From Paragordius varius (taxonomy: Eukaryota > Animalia > Nematomorpha), in the NCBI GenBank assembly GCA_964247055.1, contig OZ176052.1, forward strand, positions 6,944,001 to 7,008,000: a stretch of 64,000 bases of DNA. The letters are read 5' to 3'. Below are positions 14,984-27,200 of this stretch, piece after piece; within the stretch, counting starts at the first letter, position 1, and the number at the start of each line of letters is the position of its first letter. A program made the translations under genes and the position numbers. The notes under the pieces are model-generated. The model was given only the letters and a program-made list of their open reading frames with translations, did no database searches and was not told where the DNA came from.

Positions 14984-17920
14984 CGTTTAACATATGTTTA
15001 ATAATTTTGATTGGGTATTTTAAAAGTGTTCAGTTTTACGGTTATCATGCATAATTGATTATTTCGAGTTACAATGTAAAAAAATTATGATGTTTTAGCA
15101 TACACAAAGGCTATAATGTCAGTTTCACTTGTTTAATAATTGAATGCAAAAATATTGATAATTTCTGAAAAATTTTAAAATGGTTAGGATCAGATATAAA
15201 TATCAACAGACGTATTGCGATAGGCAAATCAAATATGACAAAATATGGACTTATTAATTCTTTAATTTTCCCAAGAATGTTATATCTAAAAGTTGGACCA
15301 TAGTGGAGAACGTTTGATAAATGCATTTGAATTATGGTGCTAGCGGAAAGCTATACAACTAACATGGCGGGACAAAATGAAAAATTTGATAGTTCTAGAA
15401 AAAATAAATCCCACTATAATCAGCCATTATTTAAAACGAAAGTTATCGATGCGCTGGGCAGAAATTCTAACTCAGAACACAAACTCCTCATTACCAAATC
15501 TTTACAACAGAGAAAATTGGCGCACATTTATCTACGAAAAAGCTATAAATACAACGACTTTAGCTTCATACAATACAATACATCATAAAACTTTTTTCAA
15601 ATGGTAAATAATACTGTCGCTCTGTATAAACTGGTATTAAGAAAATTTTAATTTTTTACTGAAAGTATTGATTATAGGGTATATTTTTAATGCAGTAACA
15701 ACTTTTATATATTAAGCGGTATCACACAATTATTTTTTGGTTTAGCATTTTAATAAATTCCTTGGGATTGATAAAAAATCAATTTAACAAAGAGTGTTCG
15801 CTTTTAAATTATTTTGTAATATCTTTAAGCTGAAATAGCAATCATTTTAATTTTTGGTAAGCATAACCGCTATAGAAAGCTATAATAGAAAGTAATAATA
15901 TGATAAAAAAAATGGCATGCTGCGATGTAATTAAACTTACCATCATTTAATAAGTCTAAAATATAAGGAAATAAAATTGAATTCCATTGTTTGGATGTCG
16001 CTGAAATACCCCTAAAGTTATAAAATATTGCTGATTCAGACACAAATTATTTATTTTACCCTTAAAATTAATAAAATCCATAATAAATATCTATTGAAAT
16101 CTAATCTAAATGATTCGCTATCAGGAAAATATGCAGTTTCGATTACCCTTACATATTATATGTGGGTTCAATGCCTTAGCCACTCTACCACTACTTAAAA
16201 TTTATCATTTTTTAATTTTTATATCAAGTTAACAGTGTTTATCGAAAAAAGTTAATATAGTCTGTTATTTATAGTGTAGGCACAATAGCGGATTGATTAG
16301 CAACAATGTTAAGACACAGCAATTTTTTAGATGTATGGCAATTGTTTCAAATTAAAAATAAGTCAAATAAAACATTCTATGGTAGGTTTTATCTATACAA
16401 AAACTTGGCATACTGGGGACAATTCGCAATTGTTAAATTTGGCTAATGATAAATTTTCTATTGAAAATATTTTAATTAATTAAATTTTGGCCCAATTTTG
16501 CACACTGTTTTGAGACAAAAAGTGGTCTTAAGTCTGAAGTGTGACCATTATTAATTTTAGAAGTATTTGTAAAATAAACCCCAAAGAAAAAATACAAAGC
16601 TCAAAATCCATTTAAAAATAAATTATAATGAAGATATATAAATATGGTTTTAATAGATTTCAATGTTAAAAAATTATATATATATATATATATATACGTT
16701 TGCAAATACATGCATAATATTTAATAAAATTTAAAAATTGTTAATTTTTTGACGTATATTATACAAAATTATATTTTAAATATCGTTGCAACAATAAATA
16801 AAAGCATATTGATTCATAAGTATGCCAAAATATGCGCGCGCGCGCTTTTTAATATATTTTAGCTTAGGGTTATTGTTACCATTTTATATATTATTAATTT
16901 TAATCTTATATTGGTTACATGTAAATTTATTAATTATGTATAACTAAAAATCAAAAGTAATAATAAATTCATGATTCAAATAAAATATAAAACAATAGGA
17001 ATGAATGATTTATTCATATTTTACCCATAAAATATAGGATATTATATATCCAACACAAAAAAACGGATAATTTATCGATCGATACGATCCCCAGTATACA
17101 ACATATATATATTTATCACATATTTACTAAAAATATATTTATGAATAATAGTAATAATAATAAACCATAAAAGCAGATTCTAACTTATAAAACTTTTTTT
17201 GTTACATATTTATCTCTATTTCATTATTAGAAAAAAGATCGAAGAATAAAATAGAATGGATGAATTCATTTTAACTAGATTTTATAACTTTTGAAATAAA
17301 AACAGCACTATAAAAGCGTTGTCATGTTAGGTTTTAACATAAGCATGTCATATATATATATATAGGGGATAGTATTGAATTATAACAATTCTTTTATAAT
17401 TGTATAAAAAAGCCTAAAATTATCATTTAATTTATTTGAAAAAAAAATCAAAAAATACTTTAATTAGCTTTTGTGAAGAATTACAAATTAAAACGATTTT
17501 TCGAAAATCCTTATAGTTTAGGAAAAATCAATATATGGAATGAAAACGTTTTTTTAACTTAGACAGATCGGTCGTTAAATCACACTAATACCATATATTT
17601 ATCTTTTAAATTAGTACATAAAACAACTTATTATCATCTAACTAATACCTCCATTAATTAATAAACACGTAATTATATATTAATTATTCACAAGCAAATT
17701 GTGTTATAAAAATATGGAATGAGAGTGATTTGCAATATAACAATCTACCTTGCGGTGTCAAGTTTTCTATGGGTGTCGTATTTGCGCTAAAATAGGCTTC
17801 ATCATCAGATGATGGTTTGGACGCTGAACAACGACTATTTAACAAAACCGATTTCGGGCCATTTGAATTTTCTTGCCGACTATTATTGCTATCAAGTACT
17901 ATTGTCTCAGTATCAATCAT
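7427..17920 (-). CDS. ERR: Estrogen-related receptor (NR3B) nuclear receptor, 8 coding exons, ~917 aa
   Basis: Exons (-): 17920-17749, 14478-12973, 12178-11924, 10748-10647, 9860-9663, 9411-9136, 8301-8183, 7552-7427. All are GT-AG and phase-compatible, totalling 2754 nt. [34 protein letters not shown] (P-box EACKA), [37 protein letters not shown]...YRSL..., AF-2 [11 protein letters not shown]. In-frame stop ~27 nt upstream of the ATG. Confidence 0.95.
8370..8594. mobile_element. Tc1/mariner-type MITE (TA-CAGT...ACTG-TA), 225 bp, in ERR intron 6
   Basis: Long inverted arms (e.g. CGTTAAATGGGTATAAATATTTGGTAA / TTACCAAATATTTATACCCATTTAACG), TA on both sides; a half copy at 37121-37216. Confidence 0.85.
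8597..8731. mobile_element. Second TA-target MITE, directly adjacent to the first
   Basis: TIR ATGCATTTTAATGGTTGCTTATTT / AAATAAGCAACCATTAAAATGCAT; related copy at ~41637-41818 in TEX2 intron 4. Confidence 0.8.
9136..9860 (-). CDS. ERR: ERR exons 5-6: ligand-binding domain H1-H8
   Basis: 9860-9663 ([12 protein letters not shown]...WAKQLP) spliced to 9411-9136 ([31 protein letters not shown]...[13 protein letters not shown]). Confidence 0.93.
11924..12178 (-). CDS. ERR: ERR exon 3: complete two-zinc-finger DNA-binding domain
   Basis: Translation contains both C4 fingers; acceptor aaaag|AT at 12178, donor GAAG|gttagt at 11924. Confidence 0.97.
12973..14478 (-). CDS. ERR: ERR exon 2: 1506-nt Asn/Ser-rich N-terminal (A/B) exon
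   Basis: Contains the 489-aa ORF; acceptor atatag|CT at 14478 and donor CATA|gtacgt at 12973, both phase 1, matching neighbouring exons. Confidence 0.85.
14939..14982. repeat. (TA)n microsatellite
   Basis: About 22 uninterrupted TA units; shorter ones at ~16676-16696 and ~42093-42119. Confidence 0.95.
15160..15590 (+). pseudogene. Degraded RTE-clade non-LTR retrotransposon 3' fragment in ERR intron 1
   Basis: Frame-broken motifs [65 protein letters not shown], typical of the RT C-terminal region of RTE elements. Confidence 0.8.
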
Positions 17921-19842
17921 AGAGAATTTATTATATAAGTAGTTTCATAAAAAAATAAGTCATTTGATTGAATGTTAGATAATAATGCAGAGATTTTGTC
18001 AAAGAAGGAATTGTAATCGCTTGAAGGGGCCAACACATTGTCAAATTTGTTTTATATAAAATTAACGGTGGCACTTTTGAAAAAAAAGTTTATATGTATG
18101 AATAGTACAAAACAAAAAATAGATAAGTGTAAAAACTGATAAAATATGAAAAAATATTGGTTTAAGTAAATATTATAAATTAATATTCATCATCATCATT
18201 CCGTTAACATATATTGTATTTCACAACAGTAAATATAACAATATAATAAAAGAATGAAAAATGAAAAATTATTGATAAAAAAACAAAAAGCGATATTTTT
18301 GTGGTATATTAGTTCGTTAGTTATTTTTAGTATATGCGCATACTTACTCCATGTCAAATTATATGTTTCCGTTAAATTCCGATTGTATGTATATATATAT
18401 ACTTATATCTAAACGCTTCAATTCTAACTGTTAAATTAGTACTAATGAAATTATTTATTGGAGAGCTTCAGTAGAGAGAATAATCGACGACAAAATCGTA
18501 TATGTGATTTAAATTGGTGAAATATATATAATTCAATTTTAGTGTTTATATATTCATAAAGTATAAAAAATGACTCGGGGGTAATCATAATTTTACCTAT
18601 ATAAGTAATAAATATGTGTATGTGCATCTTTCACCCAAATTAGTATTATTATTATTATCATTACAAATCATCATTATATTTATTGATTGATAAATTAACT
18701 GTATAAAAAATAAAAGATAAAAATTCTATATTTATACCTTATATAATCTATTCTTTCCAAAAATGAAAGATGATAGATATGAAAATACGCATAGTTATAC
18801 AATTAAATTTTATAATTTTTGCATATAAATTTATTACAAATAACTAAGTTTGGAATAAATTAGGTGAAAATTTAACTACACTTAATATCATTAATATATT
18901 TATTAAAAATGTTATCAGCAAAGAATGTGTAAAAAATATTCTTGTTTTTGTGTGTGTAAAAATTATAAATTAAAAATCGATTTGGAACACACATGTATTA
19001 AACAATAATTGGGTTGAAAACAAAAATATTTCCTTTGCAAGCCAAAAAATCTTAATATGCCTATATTTATAGATTAAAAATTGTAAATTGATGTTAGATA
19101 TTTTTTATGTCATAAGTTATGTACCAAAATCGCGCAATTATACATTGTTTTACGGTTTTTGAAGTAAGTTTAACGAAAACGATTAAAATAAGTTGACAAG
19201 TACTTCCTAAATATAGACAATTTATTTGGTTTATTGTATTCACTAATAAATATGTAGTTATTTTAATTAAACACACTGTTGCCATTGAAACTAGATTTAA
19301 AAAATGGATTCAGTTATTAATTGGTTGGAAATTACAAGTGTTTTTCAATAAATTTTACAATGATAAAATTATCAAATGTGAAGGATCTTTTTCAATGATT
19401 TATTGTTAAACCACCAAATTATTCATAAATTATTAATTAACTATTGATGTTTTGGTTAATTACTTTTTTATAAATTATATGGTAAATAATTTAGCCGTTC
19501 CTTAAAGATAAAAAATATACCAAAAAATACTCATATTAGCGGTTTTTACTGTTTTTTTGCATTTATTTTATCGGTTTTCGATCCCACAAAAATTTTGGAT
19601 TCCGAAAGAAAACCATCGACTCTATCTAAAAAAAAATTGGTCTCCAAAACGAATTTGGATTTGTTCACTTTAAAAATTTCGTTATAAACACGCTTTAAGA
19701 GCAAAAATTTTTAATCACAAAATCTGAGGCTGAAATTATCGAGGCATCAAATTTATTTAAAAAATGATTATATAACTTTAAAGTATTACGTTTCAAGCGT
19801 GGTGTAATTATAAATGCTTTATATAAATTTTTCAATTTATAT

Positions 19843-20958
19843 CACTGTGTGCAAAAAAATTGTAATAAAACCTATTTTTCATGAGATAGCTTGTGACCAG
19901 CGAATTCATTTGCCGCAAAAATTTTTATTTGTTGGCGACCTATTTTTGAAATATTAAGAGAAAATCAAAATTAGACAAAAAGTGATTAAGGATAATTAAG
20001 GATTCTTAAAAAATAATGATAAAACGTGAGATATTATGGTTTATAATCATAGCAGATATTTACAATTTATATCCTAAAATTATATTTAGGATTTTATTAA
20101 AACTCAGATTAAAAAATCGCGTTTTTCTTTTAACATAATTAAGAGACAAAATTTCTTTATGAAACGCTAACATTTGTTTTTTATTTTCTTAGCCAAACTC
20201 ACTTTAAAAATCTTAACATTCATATTTTATTAAGTAAAAGCATATATATCAAAATAAAACCAAAAAAAATTGTTTTATATTTTTCATTTTTGGTTTATGA
20301 GTGTATAAAAAATTTAGTGTTTTATTTTGGAATCTTACATGAGCGGGAATATAAGGTATAGAAATTTATGCAAAATAGTTTCACAAGTATTGGAATATCA
20401 ACCAACAATCCGACATATTTTGTATAAATGAATATACTTTATAATTCTCGCTCATGTAAGATTCCAAAAAAAACATTAATTTTTTTATACACTCCTAAAC
20501 CAGATGAAAAAAATAATGAAAAAATAAAAAACAATATTTTTTTGGTTTTATTTTATTATATAAGCGTTTATTACTGAATAAAATATGCATGTTATAAAAT
20601 TTAATCGTGAGTTTAACTAGAAAATAATTTTTAAAAAAATATGTTAATATAGTTTCATAAAAAAATTTTGTCTTTTAAGTAAGTTAAAAGAAAAACGCGA
20701 TTTTTAGATCTGAGTTTTAATAAAAATCCTAACTATATAATTATAGGATAATTATAAATTCTAAATATCTGCTATGATATAAATCATAATATCTCAAGTT
20801 TAATAATTATTTTTTTAATTATTCTAAACTTTCAATTTTCGCCCAATTTTAATCTCAACATTTAAAAACTAGGTCGTCAACAAACAAAATTTTTTGCGGC
20901 AAATGTCATAAACTATCTCGTGAAAAAAAAAATTATTAAAAAAATTAACCCCACAATG
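19843..20958. mobile_element. ~1.1-kb foldback/palindromic non-autonomous DNA element (Tc1-like CACTG terminus)
   Basis: Left arm ~19843-20360 is the reverse complement of the right arm ~20435-20958 (e.g. ATTTGCCGCAAAA / TTTTGCGGCAAAT; GGAATCTTACATGAGCG / CGCTCATGTAAGATTCC); a solo arm TA|CACTGTGTGCAAAA at 35907-~36110. Confidence 0.85.
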
Positions 20959-22872
20959 TATTTGCATATCTGTTTTAAAAAAACTATAGATATATAGTAT
21001 CAATTATAAAATTACTTGTATGGACGGTAACATGTTATAGTGTTTGTCCCAGAGCAATCTTATCAAAAAATATTGCCAATAAAATTAGTTTTATAAATAT
21101 AAATATAAAAAATTAGAATTATTTTTTCAAAAAGCTTTTAATTATAATTATATTAGATACACAATCTCAAATTTTGGTAGCAACAATTCATATGAAACCA
21201 GCTGATGAACAATTTTTATCAAGTTTTGAATAAATATGTAATCAAAAGAATTTTAAAGTCAATTAATAATATTTTTTAATTCAATGTTTTTATTTGCCAA
21301 AATCATTAAGTTATTCAATAAAAAAATATTTGGCGGCTAAAGGTTTAGGATTATGATTATTTCCATTTTTACACTCTAAAAATTTATAATCTAATGGCTA
21401 TGAAATGTGTAATTTCATCCATTATCATTAATTTGTAAGTTACCTATATTTAGTATTGCTCTGGCGTGAAAAACTATCCCGAAAGGCAATGAAGTGTTAT
21501 TCAAGTTTCAAAAATGTTAGACTTCTGGAACTTTATAAAAAAATAATTTTAAAAAACCATATTTAATATATTTTTGCATAATTCAATTTTAATTTAGTAC
21601 TAGCTTTTAATAAATATAATTTTACATAATGTGCACAATATTTTAAACATTTATTTGCCATAAAAAGAACTCTTTAAAATGCCTTATAGCTAAAAGGACC
21701 ATGAATACAATCAATATATATTTAGGATATAGCACTGATTTTTAATAAGTGGCTCCAACTTAAAAATGTGGTTAAATTTAAAGTTTGTTTATTGTGAAAT
21801 AATGGGTATTAAATCAATTTTCAACTTTTAATGGTAAGACTGCATGTTTTTTAAACATATTTCCCAAAAGTTTACTAAATGCGTATAAGCCTTTTTTAAA
21901 TCAATAATGTAGAAATTCAAAACCGGTGGTCGTGTTAAACCATTCTATTCCTAAATTATTAGCTAAAAATTATATTACCACTTAATTAAAAGCATTTAAT
22001 TAAACCAAATTTAAAATATGCATTCTCTAGCCTTTTAGTCGCATGATTCAAAAAAAAGTTAAATTGTATTGCTAAATTTTTCAGTACCTTTTTTTAATCG
22101 CTAATAAAATAGGCATTATTGTTTAATAAATAGTAACTTTAGAAAGCTTTTCAATTACAATATAGCAGCAAGTTTTTCTATTTATTTATTTAATATCAGC
22201 TGTTGGTGTCAATCAGGGAGCTTTCCCAATTATGGAATCATGAACTTAAAAAACTTTAATATAGTTTTTTAATCTGTCACAAAAGAACAATGTTTGGCAA
22301 TTTAAACTTTCAAATAAGTATATATTCCTAATTTAAATTCTATGTATAAAACTACCCAAAATGTAATTGCCTGCAAAAAGGAAAAGATAATGAAGCGTTA
22401 ATAATTTTAGCATTAAACATTTTATTTAGTTGTTCCTTTACTTGCGACGCAAATATTGATCCCTTAAAATGTGGATGAAATTTTGTAATTGCTTGTAGAA
22501 ATTTATGATCCCGTCTTTCAATTCAAAATGTCGATATTTTCTATAAGGCGCACTTAGAAAATGGTAAAATATTTAAACCAAGTATCAACGCATCTTCGCT
22601 TTTAAATTACCGTTATAATAATATAATATCACTAAAAAAGTAAAGAATGATGTAAATTGGATGTTGCCATAAGAAACGATTTTTCCCTAGAAGCATAAAT
22701 TTTTACGGTTTTAATCAACATTTTTTGGCTTTTATTACTAGTTATCAATTAGTTAGGATAATTTTAATCATAATTTAATTATAATAATGTAAATTCCCAA
22801 TTTGATGCATAATCCTTAAACTAAATTATTAAAAGATATTCAGTGGATGTTAAATACATTAGCGTCTTGAAC

Positions 22873-23104
22873 AGGGATGTCCAATACGCGGCTCTCCAAG
22901 ATATAGTGTGCGGGCTGCGAAAGGTAGATGACCAAATAAATTTCTAAGCATCATTTGCAAAAAACTCTCTCAAAATTCTAATATTTTTTAAACTGTTTTG
23001 AATATGTCTTTCCGAATTTTGGCAGCAAACTTTGAAAAATTGGTATAAATATTAAATATTCGAGTCAAAAATGCGGTTCGAAAATTTTATGTTGGAAACC
23101 AATG
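22873..23104. mobile_element. hAT-like MITE remnant
   Basis: Starts CAGGGATGTCCAA (hAT-type terminus). Subterminal GAGTCAAAAATG(C/T)GG...GTTGGA is shared with ~43860-43905, which ends TTGGACACTCCTG. No clear TSD. Confidence 0.45.
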
Positions 23105-24201
23105 TTAAACGTGGTTGTTCAATTTTAGCCGATTGAAATAATATTATTCTATTTATCTAGTCTATAATTTTGGCAAAATAATGTTGGCTAAATCAACCGT
23201 TTGAGTGTGCAGCCCACCAATTTACAACCCAAATAAATTGAATCTCAGCAAAACTTAAAAAATAATTCAATACGTCATGAAATCCAATAATATATACATA
23301 ATAATAATTTGGCCTTATTCTAACATTAAAGATGTAATACAAAATTATATAGAATAAAATTCAACTTATTCCATTTATTATGTTTTCACAACTTATAAAG
23401 CTACCAACTGCCAAATCCATAAATCATTATTCTATTCAAAATGCAAATGAGATTATAAATAACATATGAGTATTGATATTCGATATGGAAAGACCTTTGA
23501 ATACTGCATGTTTCATCCATTAAGTCTGCATTGTTGGTATTTTATGTATGCTCAATACATTCATCCGTGTCTAATAAAAATTATATTATGTTAATTTGTT
23601 AACTTTTAACATAAAAGGTAAATAAGATACTAAAATCTAAAAAATAGTAAGCGTGAATGTGTTATGGGAATTACAAAGCTAATGGCTGTAAATTTAGAAA
23701 AAGAGTAACAATGAAACACATGTCATGAAATCCAATATATATGTGGCCCAATTCGCCTATTAAGAATCTAATATACTACAGTAAACACATTCGAATTTAA
23801 AAAAATAATCCTGAAACATTTTAGTTTAAACATAAATTTCAAGTTGGAGAAATTTCTCACAAATTTTATTACAAATAACCTTCATTTATAACACAACAAA
23901 CTAATTATCAACCAAGATTAATATAAATATAAATTGGAACCCACTTAAAAAGTAAACCATTTATTTCTTATGCAACCAAATTAAATTTGCGGAATATCAG
24001 TTTTTTATCATTTTTTTAAAATAAAATTTAGTAAATGCTATAATCAAATTTTCATGTCATGAATGAGAAAATTATAACCAAACAAACAATAATATTTGAA
24101 TAATTAACCACTTAAATCACTCAACACAAAAATAGTTATGATACTGTGTAACATCTATTTTAATTGGTTTTAAGTAATACTCTACGAAATAAAAAAATAC
24201 T

Positions 24202-27200
24202 TTATTGTTTATCCAGAAAATCCTCCAACTTTTTTTGCATTGTACCAAATACTTCATCGTTTGGAAACTGAATGACAACTGTTAACATGCTGTTTTTTGC
24301 TGTATCAAAATCCTTTAACCAAATTAGCACCTAAAATATCACAATAAATAATTATATAAGCATATTTTTTTATCAATAGAAACAATTTTTCAACCAAACT
24401 CACACATTTCCAACCAAACAGAACATTTCTAAAACAACTTTTTACTTATTCTCTAAACTCAACACTATTATCGAGTGCCAATAAATTTTTTGAACGTTTA
24501 AGTATATAGACCCTCTAGTTTTAATTTAATTCGATTTTTTTCCTAAAATATTAATCCAAATTTTTGGGGGTATAAATTTAATTTAAATTGCTTTAACGCA
24601 TTTTGAACGAAAACATTGATTATTAATAAAAACTTTAAAATTTAATGCGTATTTCATATTTAAAAAAATATTTTTTGAACAAAGTTTTATTTAATTTAAA
24701 AATGCTTGAAAAAGTGTCGAGTTTGTTTGAAAAAAAAACATAGTATAATTATGGATGACACTACATAAAAAGGTGTTACATAATCAAACCAAAAAAACTA
24801 CTGATATATAGCAGTCAAGAAATTCTTCGAAACAAAAATTTTCTGATTCAAAGATAGATCTTGATTGATTGTGAGATAGACAAAAGTTTAGTGTTGCGCG
24901 CAAACTATCATCATACCACTTAATTAAACGCTGAACATTCCTGTCCGCTACTTTGATGTTGAGCCCTAAAATACCGACAAAATATTACCAATGATGTATA
25001 CAATAGCACAGCGTAACTAAATATTTTCGTTAAACTAAGCAAAAATTTTGTTTTTGACTGAGCATTGCTAAAAATCTCATATTTACTTCTTTAAAGTATA
25101 AAAGGAATATATATAGCCGTATCTCAAAATTATTATTATTTTAAAAAATAATACGGCCATGTTTTTGCATTCAACCCAATTTTTTTAAATAAGAGTAAAT
25201 CCACATTTCCGAAAGATAGCAGATTCAATCAATTAAATTAAAATTATATTTTCATGGGATTAAGATTTTCACCCAATACATATTTTTACATTTTCCGAGT
25301 GCAATAAAATAAATATATACTTTAGAGAGATAAAAATATATAAAATTAACTGTGTATATTATTTTATGATGAATCATTGTTAGCGAAATCTTATAACCTA
25401 GACGACATTAATAAAATTAGTTATAATCACTGATTTTTGATACATCTTGAAAGTTGCAAAATAAATTACGTTATAATTTAAACTTCCTTATCTTATATAT
25501 TGAAATTATTTAATTATAATTGTTAAAATTTACGGCAATGAACAATTAAAAAGCAACAAATAGGCAATTTATATAACAAAGTTTTGCTTAATTTTTAATT
25601 AATTAGTATAAAGGTTTAAATAGTTTGATAAATTAGTTTTAATTGTTAATCTATCGTTCTATAATATACCATTTACATTTTCGCCCCAAAACATCAAATC
25701 ACCCCTAAACAATTCAAATTCAGCCTAAAAATGAAATGCTTCGCTTCATATTACTAAATTAAAAGGAAAAATTATCGTTTTTCTTTGGCGACTATTTTGC
25801 CATATAATAATTTTTTTGCATAATTCATTAATAAATGCAGAGTGAAAATATCTACTTTAAAAAAAAATTCTTTATTTTTGTATTTTTTGATGACATTCCA
25901 AGAATATAATACAAACATAAATAAAACAATTATAAGCGATAAATCATTTATTAATCAAAGTATGTTATAGTCTAATTCTTGGTGCACATATGCCCCTCCG
26001 CAGCATTTGAAATTGACATAATCGCAAAAGCCTTTATCATCTGATGCCGTTATTTGTTGGCATCCATAACTAATTAAACCCTTTAATAATACAGCACTTT
26101 TCTTATTTTTTGAGAAAGCAACATAAGATTTCACTTTGGAAAAACCCGTTTCCTCGGTTTAGCATGTAGCTATTTAGGGCCAAAAATGAAATATTGTATG
26201 TTCATCTATCAGCTATTTTCTTAAAACTTCCTTCTTATAAATCTTTCCATTAACCATCTTAAATGATTTCCATCCATATTCGAGGAGGTAAGATATTCAC
26301 ATAATTCTTTTAAAAAATTAGAGAATATAGGCAGGTAAGGTTCAGGACTCCAGATTCGATTCTGGCCAAGAAGTATAATTTCCGCCACAACTTACAATCT
26401 TTACATTGTTCTGTCGAAAAGCTACATTGATTCAAGTCCATTTTTATGTTATCATTATACGAAAAGAGTGGTCGCCCTTTCTTCTTTTGCCATCAACATT
26501 AATGTTTTCCCTAGTATTTAGAGGGTGGGATATGATCATTTATATTTCTTTCACAATCTATTTTATGAAATACGATTCCATGAAACCATAGAGCAACGAT
26601 AAGGGTTATGATTCTTCTTTTTATGTTAGGAAGCTCAATGGCCCTTGTACCACGTTTGGATCTTCCGAACTTTCTCCTGAGGTGATTGTGGAAACTACAC
26701 TCATCGATGAACACTACTTTTGATGTATCACAACAACACAACCAAATGTTTCGTTGAACTAAATACGTGCTACTTTATCTTGATTATTTCCAGGTAATTT
26801 ATTTTTAATCTCAGTAGAGTTTTTTTGTTGTTATAGTGGTCTTTGATAGTATTTGAATACTGCTGCAAGAAATACGAAGATCGCATTCATGTTTAAAATA
26901 TTTTGTGATTTTAGAATGTTTTCGCTAATTTTTTCTTCGAGTATGGTTGGTTACAATACAATTAATATCTTTTGATATCTATTTCCACCTATCGATTTAC
27001 ATTATTTTTTTGTAGTTTATAACAAATGATATGGCGGTTGTATAATTGATATCCAACGATTCAGCCACCCTTTTTATTAAATATCCATCCATAATTGTTG
27101 ATCTTATCAGGCATTCTTATCATTTTCACTTAAATTAACTTTTTACCTCTAATTTAGAAGACCAATAATAGAAATATCACAATCTTGATTTGTTGAGGCT

